64,000 nt of DNA from assembly GCA_951406725.2 (NCBI GenBank), contig OX597834.1:21514001-21578000 (forward strand), read 5' to 3'. The stretch comes from Octopus vulgaris. Lineage: Eukaryota. The position numbers were made by a program, and so were the translations under genes. Under the pieces are notes generated by a model. That model was not told the DNA's origin. It was given only the letters and a program-made list of their open reading frames with translations, and did not search any database. Shown here one piece after another: positions 53,001 through 64,000 of this stretch; position 1 is the stretch's first letter; each line of letters starts with the position of its first letter.

Positions 53001-53577
53001 ATGTTTGTGTGTCTGTGTTTGTCCCCCCAACATCGCTTGACAACCGATGCTGGTGTGTTTATGTCCCTGTAACTTAGCTGATCGGCAAAAGAGTCTGATA
53101 GAATAAGTACTAGGCTTACAAAGAATAAGTCCTGGGGCTGATTTGCTCGACTAAAGGCGGTGCTCCATCATGGCCACAGTCAAATGACTGAAACAAATAA
53201 AAGATGTAAAAGATGTATAATACCTAAATCACTAGGCCCTGCACCCTCGACATAGAAATATGTGTGTTTGTGTGATCATAGTCTCATGTAGTCTGAGAAA
53301 AACGGTTCTGCAATTTCTCGCCAAACAAACCTCCACAAATGACTTGTTTATAGTGAAAAAATGTATGTTTTGTACATTAGCTCATTCACTCCATGAAATC
53401 AGCATTACCTGTACAGGTGTATGCTGTACCACATGTCAGGTGTTGAAGTAATCACAGAGCAATGTGAGATAAAGTGTTTTACTCAAAAACACAACAGACC
53501 ACCCAGACCAGAAATTGAAACTGCGATCTCACAATCATAAGTGCAACATCATCCTAACCACAAAGCCATGCGCCCTC
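52540..53577 (-). mobile_element. Two tandem copies of another tRNA-head SINE; the first is interrupted by SINE-A
   Basis: acggttctgca.tt.t..gccaaacaa...cacaaatga...gtttatagt occurs at ~52553 and ~53301. Confidence 0.7.
52797..53215 (+). mobile_element. SINE family A, full length, nested
   Basis: Complete copy with a variant tail (AAAAGATGT). Confidence 0.9.
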
Positions 53578-53879
53578 AATATACATACAAACTATATTTA
53601 TCATACTAACATCTAGACTAAACCCATAATACTCTCCCTACATTTCTACCCTTATAACAGCCAGCCATCATCCATAAATGAAAATGGCTTGGCACCATGT
53701 ACTATGCATTCACTAATCATCTTGAGTGCTTTATGCCTAGTTACATTAGTGTCTTAATACGTTTATTAATTCAATCCTAATTACACTATTGTCTTAATGC
53801 ACTAACAGATATGATATCAAATTACTCAAATATCTCTTAATCCAGCTGAAACCACCATTGTTCTAAGTACAAATGTCTT

Positions 53880-54251
53880 ACTCTCTTTTACTCTTTTACT
53901 TGTTTCAGTCATTTGACTGCGGCCATGCTGGAGCAGCGCCTTTAGTCGAGCAAATCGACCCCGGAACTTATTCTTTGTAAGCCCAGTACTTATTCTATCG
54001 GTCTCTTTTGCCGAACCGCTAAGTGACGGGGACGTAAACACACCAGCATCGGTTGTCAGGCGATGCTAGGGGGACAAACACAGACACACATACATATATA
54101 TATATACATATATACGACAGGCTTCTTTCAGTTTCCGTCTACCAAATCCTCTCACAAGGCATTGGTCGGCCCGGGGCTATAGCAGAAAACACTTGCCCAA
54201 GATGCCACACAGTGGGACTGAACCCGGAACCATGTGGTTGGTTAGCAAGCT
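53880..54251 (-). mobile_element. SINE family A, head truncated
   Basis: Reverse-complement copy ending at ttagcaagct, joined directly to a MITE fragment. Confidence 0.88.
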
Positions 54252-54412
54252 AAGTTTTGAATTAAAATCTTCCACCAAACCTTAGTCACAATTTATGTTC
54301 CTAACACTAGCTTAGTGATAACTAAGTGATTTTACTAAATTCTTTGTTATATTTAAAGTAATTGAAAGAAACACAGAGCATCTCAAAATAAATACAGTAA
54401 CAAAATAGTTAA
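54252..54412. mobile_element. Partial piggyBac-like MITE, inverted relative to 54946-55165
   Basis: 54252-54400 is the reverse complement of ~54955-55102. Confidence 0.75.
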
Positions 54413-54650
54413 TACATACCAAATTATAGCAACACCAATACAATAATTCAATTTTAGTTACACTAATGTCTCAATAGATTTTTATTATTTTTCACCTGTG
54501 TTAATAGGTTTATATTCAATTACACTAATATCTTAATACATTATGCTTGATCACACTCATGTCTTAAAGCATTTAATAGCTTTTACTCCCAATGTCATAA
54601 TACATTAATAGTTTTATACTAAATTGCACTAAAGTCCTAAGTCTTTTGTT

Positions 54651-54900
54651 ACTTTGTAGTAAAGATTGTTTGCCAACATAACATGGCAGTCCTGGTTTAG
54701 GATGAATGTTGCTGTAATTTAGCCCCAGGAGACATCGTCTCCAGCTGGCTATACAGCATGATCTGTGTCCTTATATTTTCAAACACAGATCGTGTCATAT
54801 AATCAGCTGGAGACAATGTCTCCTGGGACTAAATTACAGCAACATTCGTCGTAAACCTGGACTGCCATGTTATGTTGGCAAACAATCTTTACTCCAAAGT
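54651..54900. repeat. Long hairpin (~118-bp arms, ~14-nt loop) of complex sequence
   Basis: agtaaagattgtttgccaacataacatggcagtcc...gatctgtgt is mirrored by acacagatc...ggactgccatgttatgttggcaaacaatctttact. Confidence 0.9.
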
Positions 54901-54945
54901 GCTGTTACTGAATATCTCACGTTGTGAGATTTACAAATAGTAATT

Positions 54946-55165
54946 TCCTTTCATTACTGTATTTATTTTGAGATGCTCTGTGTTTTTTTCAATTACTTTA
55001 AATATAACAAAGAATTTAGTAAAATAACTTAGTTGTCATTAAGTTAGTGTTAGGAACATAAATTTTGACTAAAGTTTGGTGGAAGATTTTAATTCAAAAC
55101 TTATGAAAACAAGACATTTGTACTCAGATCCAGAGGCGGTTTCAGCCGGGTTGGTATCAAAAGGG
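54946..55165. mobile_element. piggyBac-like MITE
   Basis: Right end ggtatcaaaaGGG|TTAA; decayed left end cctttcattac. Confidence 0.7.
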
Positions 55166-56784
55166 TTAAACACATCATAATACATTGGAAGCTGTACATC
55201 AAATTATCCTTACGTCTTAGTACAATAAACGATTTAATTTTCATTGTACTCATCAATGTTTGGCCATGCTGCTCAAATTTCTGAGTTAGACCTTGCCTAC
55301 CATGTTCTCTTCACAGAGGATCCAGCTGGGTTGGCAACTCATGTTGGTTGACCACATGTGACATAGTCATGACAGATAAGGAAGTATTTCACAGATATGG
55401 GGACTGACTGAGACTCTGCTTAATATTATCACCCAGGGGAATCCCATGAATAGACCAACAAATGGTGAATGCAGCACCACACTTGATCTAATCTGCACTC
55501 ATATCTTAATAAATTATTTTAGCTTTACATTACTGTTAATACATTTGTACCTAGTTACACTAATGTCTTATATTATCGTCACACTAACGTCTTAAACCAT
55601 TAAAGGTTTTATACCCAATTACATTAAAGCTATAATACATAATAGATGGCCCATAAAAAGCACCATCCAATCGTAGCCGTTTGCCAGCCTTGCCTGGCAC
55701 GTTAAAAGCACCCACTACACTCATGGAGTGGTTGGTGTTAGGAAGGGCATCCAGCCGTAGAAACATTGCCAGATCAGATGGAGCCTGGTGCAGCCTTGTG
55801 GCTTCCCAGACCCCAGTTGAGCTGTCCAACCCATGCCAGCATGGAAAACCGACACTAAACGATGATGAACTAACATCTTCAGATATTAATAAACTAAATG
55901 CCAGTTGCACAAATATCATGATACATTGAAAGCTAATTACTCCAACATTTTAGTACAATAATCATTTTAATTTTAGTTACACACCTGCCTCAATGAATTG
56001 TTTAACTTTACACCAATGTTAATACATCTCTACCTAGTTACACTAATGTCTTAAGATATTATATCTAATCATACTCATGTCATAAAACACTAAGAGATTT
56101 ATGCCCAATTACACTAATGCCATAATACATTAATAGCTTTATACCGAATTGCACTAATGTCTTATGACATTAATAACTTTAACCCCAATTAAACACATGT
56201 CTTAATACATCAAAAGCTTTAGACCAAATTACACTAATATCTTAATACATTCATAGCGTTTATACTGCATTTATCTCAATAAAGTTCCCTTAATGCTTCT
56301 CAAATTACTCTTCCCTGTAAAGTTTCTTAATGGATTAAGACAAATATTTACATTCGATTCATTCATCCTGCAAATTGTCGATATTAAGTGGCACCGATCA
56401 AGACAACCCTGCTTCAGTGAAGCTCTTGTTGCTGTGTATAGGGGTGGAGAGCGGGGAGCAGAAATTAACCAATGAAATGCTTGGAAAACACCTCCCTCAT
56501 CCATCTATCCATCAAGCATCCCGAATAAGTCATACTTCAGTCTAGACTTGAATCCCATCGACCAGTTTAGCTTGGAAATGGAATTATTGGTTATTATGTC
56601 GGATGCTGTGTGTCATTCACTCAGAACATGTTGTGTCTGGTTTGTTGATAATTCCCAATTTTTCGATTAAAATAAAAGTCTTGGAGGGATCGGTCGGCAT
56701 AGTTGAATAGTAAATTGGTTGGCTTTGTAATCCTTTGGTTCCATGTTTGGTCAAACTGTCTTCTATTATGTGATCTTTTATCAT

Positions 56785-57178
56785 CCGTCTTTTACTTGTT
56801 TCAATCATTAGACTGTGGCCATGCTGGGGCACCGCCTTGAAGAATTTTCAGTGGAAGGAATTGAACCCAGGACTTATTTCTCTTTCAAGCCTGGTACTTA
56901 TTCTATCAGTCACTTTTGCTGAACCTCTAAGTTAACAGGGGCTGTAAATGCACCAACAACGGTTGTCAAGTGGTGGTGGAGGACAGACACACTCACAAAG
57001 ACATACACACATATATACATTTATATATATGACAGGCTTCATTCAGTTTCCATCTACCAAATCCACTCACAAAGCTTTGGTCAGCTTGAGGTTTTAGTGG
57101 AAGACTCTTGCCCAAGGTGCCATGCAATGGGACCGAACCTGGAACCATGTGGTTGGGAAGCAAGCTTTTTACCACACA
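56785..57178 (-). mobile_element. Older SINE family A variant
   Basis: Diverged reverse-complement copy with an extra internal segment (gaagaattttcagtggaagg). Confidence 0.8.
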
Positions 57179-57668
57179 ACATCATCTGTGAAATTATATT
57201 CTACAATACCTTCAGACCATCTCATGTCTTGTCGGTATGTATGGTGTATCTAGGATTACGTGATTTTTATGTGTCTTTACTTTTTATAAGATGATTGGTT
57301 ATGTTTTAAGGAAGTCTTTGGCTGCTATATCTAGCAGACCATGTCCACAGACAAAGCCCTGGTGATGTTGTTGTTGTTGTTGTTGTCATCGTTATTGATA
57401 TTCAACTATAATTTGTTGAGTTGATTTAATTGGTTTTTTATCAACATCCCCACCCACCTTCACACACACACACACACACAAACACATGCTCATGTATACA
57501 TAGAAACACACTCACAAGCACACACATATGCACATACAAACACACTCACACACACACACACACATGCTCATGCACACACTCACAAATGCACTCACACACA
57601 CACACACACACGCATACTCACAAATACAGATGTATAAATGCACACAGGTATATGCACATTCATGTATG

Positions 57669-57700
<32 letters not shown>

Positions 57701-58804
57701 TACAAACACATGCACACACACTCTTACACACATGTACGCAAGCTTCCGCATACACTTATAGAAAAACCATTTATACAAATGCATTCAAGCATACACACAC
57801 ACACACATACACATATGTACAGATATATACAAGTACACATACACGCACACACACATACACTCACAAATATGTACATATATGCATCGACACACAACCATAC
57901 ATATATACACTTGTATATAAGCACACATGCTCATGCAAATACTCATGTACACATTCAGGCAAACATGCATATACACACACACGCACACTAAGAAAAGCAC
58001 ATACATGCATTCATGCAAACACGTACTGCAGAAAACGCAAACATAAGCGCATATATGCACATATTTCTGTATGTACACATGCACATATGCCCACAGTGCA
58101 ATGGTATGATCAGTGATCGAGGCATTTAATGACATTCCTATCAAATCAATAAAACAAATTAAGGCAGGCTTCTTTAACGAGTTTGCCCTCTTTCTCGACA
58201 GCTACATATTTTAATGACACAAATGTTTATAGTGGGTTGGGGGTGGGGAAGAGGTTGAAAGAGACAGAGACAGAGGGGAAGACAGAGAGAGAGAGAGAGA
58301 GAGAGAGAGGAAGAGGGAAAGACAGGGTGAGAGAGGTTGTGGGAGAACAAGGAAAGGAGGTACCGGTGGGGAAATAAAACACTTGTTGTGCTCGGCTGGA
58401 TTTGAACCTGGCACCATAAACTGCTAAATTGCTTGTCACTCAGATAAACCTAATCCATAACATTTATAAATCTCATGGAAAAAAAGGGTCAGGGGTCCCA
58501 GTGTGAGTCTTATTGCTATCATTAATAAGATAGCGAAAAGGCAGCGAGTTGCAGAACCGTTAGCACACCAGGCAGAATGCGTAGTGGCATTTTGCCTGTT
58601 GCTACGTTCTGAGTTTAAATTCCGCCAAGGGGTAGATAGATGAGGAGTAGATAGACAGCCGACAACTGATGAAGGGTCCTTTCTCTATGTTTACTTGTCC
58701 TGTTTTCCATTTTTTCTTGTTGCTTATTTAACTCGTTCGTTTACGTATTTCATGTTATTTGCACCGTTGGTGACATCCTGTACCCATATATGCATGTATA
58801 TATA

Positions 58805-59110
58805 TATACACACGTCCAGACCCCTCATACGCACTTATACTCTCTCATACACACACACACACACTTATACATACTAATACGTACTAATACATACTAATAC
58901 ATACTAATACATACACCAACCCCATACATACGCACGTCCAGACCAATCCTACGCACTAATACTCTCTCATACACACACACACACACACACACACCCTTAT
59001 ACATACTAATACATACACCAACCCAATACATACACACGTCCAGACCCCTCCTACGCACTATTAGCTGGTCCTTCAACCCTATTATCAACCCTATTATCAA
59101 CCCTATTATC
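58805..59110. repeat. Local tandem duplications (~115-bp unit x3; TACTAATACA and CAACCCTATTAT sub-repeats)
   Basis: cacgtccagacc...tacgcact recurs at ~58810, 58933 and 59035. Confidence 0.8.
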
Positions 59111-59368
59111 TCCCCTTATTTCGCTCTCGCGTCTCATGTTTGATCTTTGACCTCTGACCGAAATCAGATCGCCATGTTGATTCGTTAGCTACTGCACGCA
59201 TTTTTTTTTCTCTCCTTCTTTCTGTGTTTTTTTCTCTCTGTGTATCTTTCTGTTGAAGAGCGTAGGCTCGAAACGTTTTATTTATATTTCCTGAGCGCCA
59301 TACTAATACAATTATTCGTTTGTTTTCCACCTGCCTTCGTCGTTTGTCTATTTTCATAAAGCTTCCCG

Positions 59369-59370
<2 letters not shown>
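59108..59370 (+). mobile_element. Penelope-like pLTR relic with hammerhead-like motif at 59246-59277, abutting (TA)n
   Basis: CTTT-CTGTTGA-A-GAGC-GTAG-GCTC-GAA-ACGT; the 3' strand of stem I is deleted; flanks match the 37040 and 48596 copies. Confidence 0.55.
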
Positions 59371-59420
<50 letters not shown>

Positions 59421-59456
59421 CATATTATATATAAAATATTATTTATTATATATATA

Positions 59457-59920
59457 GGCGCAGGAGTGGCTGTGTGGTAAGTAGCCTGCTTACCAACCAC
59501 ACGGTTCCGGGTTCAGTCCCACTGCGTGGCACCTTGGGAAAGTATCTTCTACTATAGCCTCGGGCCGACCAAAGCCTTGTGAGTGGATTTGGTAGACAGA
59601 AACTGAAAGAAGCCTGTCGAATATATATGTATATATATATGTATATATATATGTATATATATATGTATATATATATGTATATATATATGTATATATATAT
59701 GTGTGTTTGTGTGTCTGTGTTTGTCCCCTCCCAACATCTCTTGACAACCGATGCTGGTATGTTTACGTCCCCATTACTTAGCGGTTCGGTAAAAGAGACC
59801 GATAGAATACGTACTAGGCTTACAAAGAATAAGACCTGGGGTCGATTTGCTCGACTAAAACGCGTTGCTCCAGCATGGCCACAGTCAAATGACTGAAACA
59901 AGTAAAAGAGAGAAAAAGAG
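59457..59920 (+). mobile_element. SINE family A, full length, with expanded internal 12-mer (TATATATGTATA)n
   Basis: Complete copy. Confidence 0.9.
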
Positions 59921-61082
59921 AATATATATATATGTATATACAGACGCACACACAAAGGGCATGCACACAATTTACATCTTCCAAATCCACTGACCCGGCT
60001 TTGGTCAGCCCAGGGTCTTCTACAGTAGAAGACCCTTCCCCAAGGCGCCACGCGATGGGACTGAACCCGCAAGCAAGCTTCTTACCACATAGCCATGCCG
60101 ACACCAATAAAACACTAAACACAATTTTGTATACCAATGCAGGTATAACCCTAAAACTTACTCATCTATAAGCATACAACACACACACACACATGCATTA
60201 CTTACAAGATAACCCCCTCCCTCTCACATATACCCGTAGTTTTATTGATCTTTTAATCTAAATCTTGAGTCATGTACATTGGTACTTATATACATACATA
60301 TCAAAGCATACCATTGCATACATAGTTATACTATGCCATGATACACACACACACACACACTTACGTATATAGGACATACATAAAGACATACAAACACATA
60401 CAAGCTAATTCGTAAAGATACACACATATACACACACACATATTTAGATGCATACACAAAGACATGTATACAAACATAGAGACATGCACAAATACACACA
60501 CACTACACATGACTATACAAATACCTATGTATACACACTTATACAAATACATACACACATATGCATATACATACATACATACATATATATATATACAGAC
60601 ACATGCATACTTACATCTATACACATACTGGCACCACAAACACACACATACCATACACATATATAAAAACACATACATACATATGTACATACATACACAC
60701 GTATAAAAACATCGTCACACATATACATACATACGCAAACATACACACACGCATATTCGACAACATACATACACACACACACATGCAAAGACGTGCTCGC
60801 ATGCACATGCATACACCCATACACAAACACACGTATATTGACATACAGGCACACACACACAAACCCATCCACATGCTCAGCCCCATTCGCCACCCCTGCC
60901 CAACCCAACCCCACCGCACACACATCTAGCGCCACCCAAGCCCCCTCTCCCCCGCGCTACAGGCACACCAATCTAAGAGGTGGGGCAGCAAGGTTAACTG
61001 TTTATCGATCAGCAAACATTGGACTGTGATTCCAACGTCTGACTCACTAATGTCACATTGAGCTTTGACTCATCCCTCCTAA

Positions 61083-61114
<32 letters not shown>

Positions 61115-61253
61115 CCTATTCTACCCCACTAAACCCTCTACCCTTCCCCCACCAAAAAGCAATAACTAGTAAGTACTACTACTACTAATACTGCTATAAC
61201 CACAATTTTTTTTACCATAACTATTACTATTGGAAGAATCATTAGTATGCTAA

Positions 61254-62206
61254 GGCGGCAAGCTGGCAGAAATGTTAGTACACCGGGCGAAATGCTTAGC
61301 AGTATTTCGCCTGTCTTTACGTTCTGAGTTCAAATTCCACCGAGGTCGACTTTGCCTTTCATCTTTTCCGGGTCGATAAATTAAGTACCAGTTACGCACT
61401 GAGGTCGATATAATCGACTTAATACCTATGTCTGTCCTTGTTTGTCCCCTCTATGTTTAGCCCCTTGTGGGTAATAAAGAAACAGATATTTCGTCTGTCT
61501 TTATGTTCTGAGTTCAAATTCTTCTGAGGTCGACTTTGCCTTTCAACCTTTCGGGGTCGATAAATTAAGTACCAGTTACGCACTGGGGTCGATGTAATCA
61601 ACTTAATACCTATGTCTGTCCTTGTTTGTCCCCTCTGTGTTTAGCCCCTTCTGGGTAGTAAAGAAATAAGTATCTCGTCTGTCTTTACGTTCTGAGTTCA
61701 AATTGCCTTTCATCTTTTGGGGGTCAATAAAATTAAGTTCCTGTTGTGTACTGGGGTCAGTGTAATCGACTGGCTTCTCACCCAAAATTTCAGGCTTTGT
61801 ACCTAGAGTAGAAAAAAATCATTACCATGCTAGGCAAAATGCTTAGCAGTATTTCGTCTGCCACTATGTTCTGAGTTCAAATTCCACCAAGGTCGACTTT
61901 GCCTTTCATCCTTTCGGGGGTCAATAAAATTAAATTCCTGTTGCATACTGGGGTCGATCTAATCGACTGCCCCCCCCACTCCCCCAAAATTTCAGGCCTT
62001 GTGCCTAGAGAAGAAAAATATCTTTAGCATGCTGGGCGAAATGTTTAGTGGTATTTCATCTATCTTTACATTCTGAGTTGAGTTCAAATTCTGCTGAGGT
62101 CGACTTTGCTTTACATCCTTCTGGGGGCATCGATAAATTAAGTACCAGTTACGTACTGGGGTCGATCTAATCGACTGGCCCCACCTCCCCCCAAATTCCA
62201 GGCCTA
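61254..62206 (+). mobile_element. Head-to-tail run of five SINE family B copies or fragments
   Basis: gttctgagttcaaatt recurs at ~61321, 61506, 61689, 61868 and 62071. Confidence 0.85.
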
Positions 62207-63343
62207 GGAATTTCAAAAGAAGTACCAATAAGACCAGTTTTCCAAACATCAAATAGCTATGAGGGCCCACCAGCATAAAATAGTAATCAAAGGGGTTACA
62301 GAGATAAAAAAAGAATGGTTGAGACCTACTGGTCTAAACAGACTAGGGGTCTTTTAAACCCAGCTGTTAAATGGCCATGGAATCTACTGCATTCGTCTGC
62401 CCTTTGACTGGTTTTGTTTATAAATTCTGCCGGGTTTCCAATGCCACCTTCATGACCAGAACAGGCTTGGTGAGGTTGTCAGTTGTCAGTTTAGTAATCA
62501 ATGGTTTAACATTCAACAAGTTGTACTGGCTTACATGCAACCAGTAGCAGTGAGAGTGAACTAGCACACACACACACACACACTCATGTGCATCCATCCA
62601 TACATTATACTTGAAGCTGATGAATCACTCTGTCCATACTACGTGTGATCATCCAAGTGGCAAACAGATATTAACGAATGATTGCACATAGAAAGGAACA
62701 CTGAATAACAAGGATGTTAATGAACTCTACTACATATCTCAAGCACTCTATCCAGGTGTGCATGCATACGTACTCACATGTGTGTACGTCTGTGTGAGCA
62801 TGCATGCTTGGAGGTACACACAACAAAAAGAATACTTAATACACCTGGTGGAGTTTTATTTGAAATGGCTCTGAGGAAGCTATAAGATATTGGATGAGCA
62901 CTCAGCTGTGGGTGCACATTTACTTGTAGCAGAAACACATGTAAGCTAATGAAAGGGATTACATAACTCATACTGTTTCTCATTCTTTAATTGACATATC
63001 TATTCCTATTCATCTATCTGTCTATTTACATGTGTGTATGTATGTGTATATATATATATGTATATATATATAGAGAGAGAGAAAGACAGACAGACAGACA
63101 GACAGAGAAATAAATGCAATATTGATGAATAGGTTTATAGCTATATGTTGAGGGATATATAAAAACTGAAGTTAATATTTTCAAATGAAATACTGAAATA
63201 TTAATGGGAATTAATTTTCTTTTTCATAAATAAAATACTGATAAGGACTTTGAAGTTTTGGTGAAATTCCCTTTTTTTGCAAAGATGTGAATTTGGGAAA
63301 AACAGAATTTCACCTTTTTTTTACTGTGTATGAGTGCATATGT

Positions 63344-63390
<47 letters not shown>

Positions 63391-63406
63391 GAGGATGATG
63401 ATGAAG

Positions 63407-63445
<39 letters not shown>

Positions 63446-63821
63446 CACAAACACACACACATGAAAAAGAAGCAGCACTTGTATGTGTGGATGACAATAT
63501 ATACATATTTATATGTGTGTGTATGTATATGCACGCATATATCTATAGATATATATATACAGGCATATGTGAACATATATTCATGTAGATAGTTAAAGAG
63601 ATAGACAGCATTTATAGGATTTTTTTTTCTTTTTTTTGGGGGGGGTTCCATTAACTGACAAATCTCCTGGAAATGGATTCCATGTAAGGTATTACTTAAT
63701 TCCGTTTTGTCTCCTGCTGGGCCAATTCTCACCCCCCCCCAAAAAAACATGATTAGCTACAGACAGACATGTAATCTGAAAACATCAATTTTGGTGAATT
63801 CTTTCAAATGCACTCCATGTC

Positions 63822-63883
<62 letters not shown>

Positions 63884-64000
63884 TGACGTAAGTGCCATTC
63901 CTTCATTAAGATTTAGCAGTGTTGTTAGAGCACAAAACGAAACCCACTGCAGTATTTGCTTCCAGCTCTCAGGGTACTGAGTTCAATTCCTACCAGTTTC

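Larger units (their letters stand above)
53700..56270. repeat. Degenerate ~40-bp minisatellite (aattacactaatgtcttaatacattaatagctttatacc), interrupted by TEs
   Basis: ttacactaatgtctt recurs at 53740-53810, 54455-54640, 55550-55640 and 55975-56270. Confidence 0.75.

Overview
Eukaryotic, AT-rich DNA saturated with microsatellites and SINEs. The repeat families resemble those I recall from Octopus (inference, not verified). The only convincing host coding sequence is one 118-bp + strand exon (17997-18114, IYTDWANHYLEKAHNKRFISDLQQDVGDGVLLADVIEAV), the start of the calponin-homology domain of a neuron navigator (NAV/sickie/unc-53) gene, so most of the window is probably large introns of that gene. 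Two weak candidate upstream micro-exons fit its reading phase. The rest comprises: at least four SINE families, a decayed maT-type Tc1/mariner transposase, R4/Dong-type LINE 3' relics, piggyBac-like and mariner-like MITEs, a TIR element with TTAGGG repeats in a tandem array, and minisatellites. Nearly all ORFs in the supplied track are microsatellite or SINE read-throughs. The most notable signals are (i) three families of Penelope-type minimal hammerhead-ribozyme-like motifs with non-canonical cores, one forming a ~135-bp-arm inverted pair with a U3:A8 compensatory core, and (ii) many local fold-back duplications that would make long dsRNA in the pre-mRNA of a neural gene. All coordinates were read by eye and repeat boundaries are approximate.
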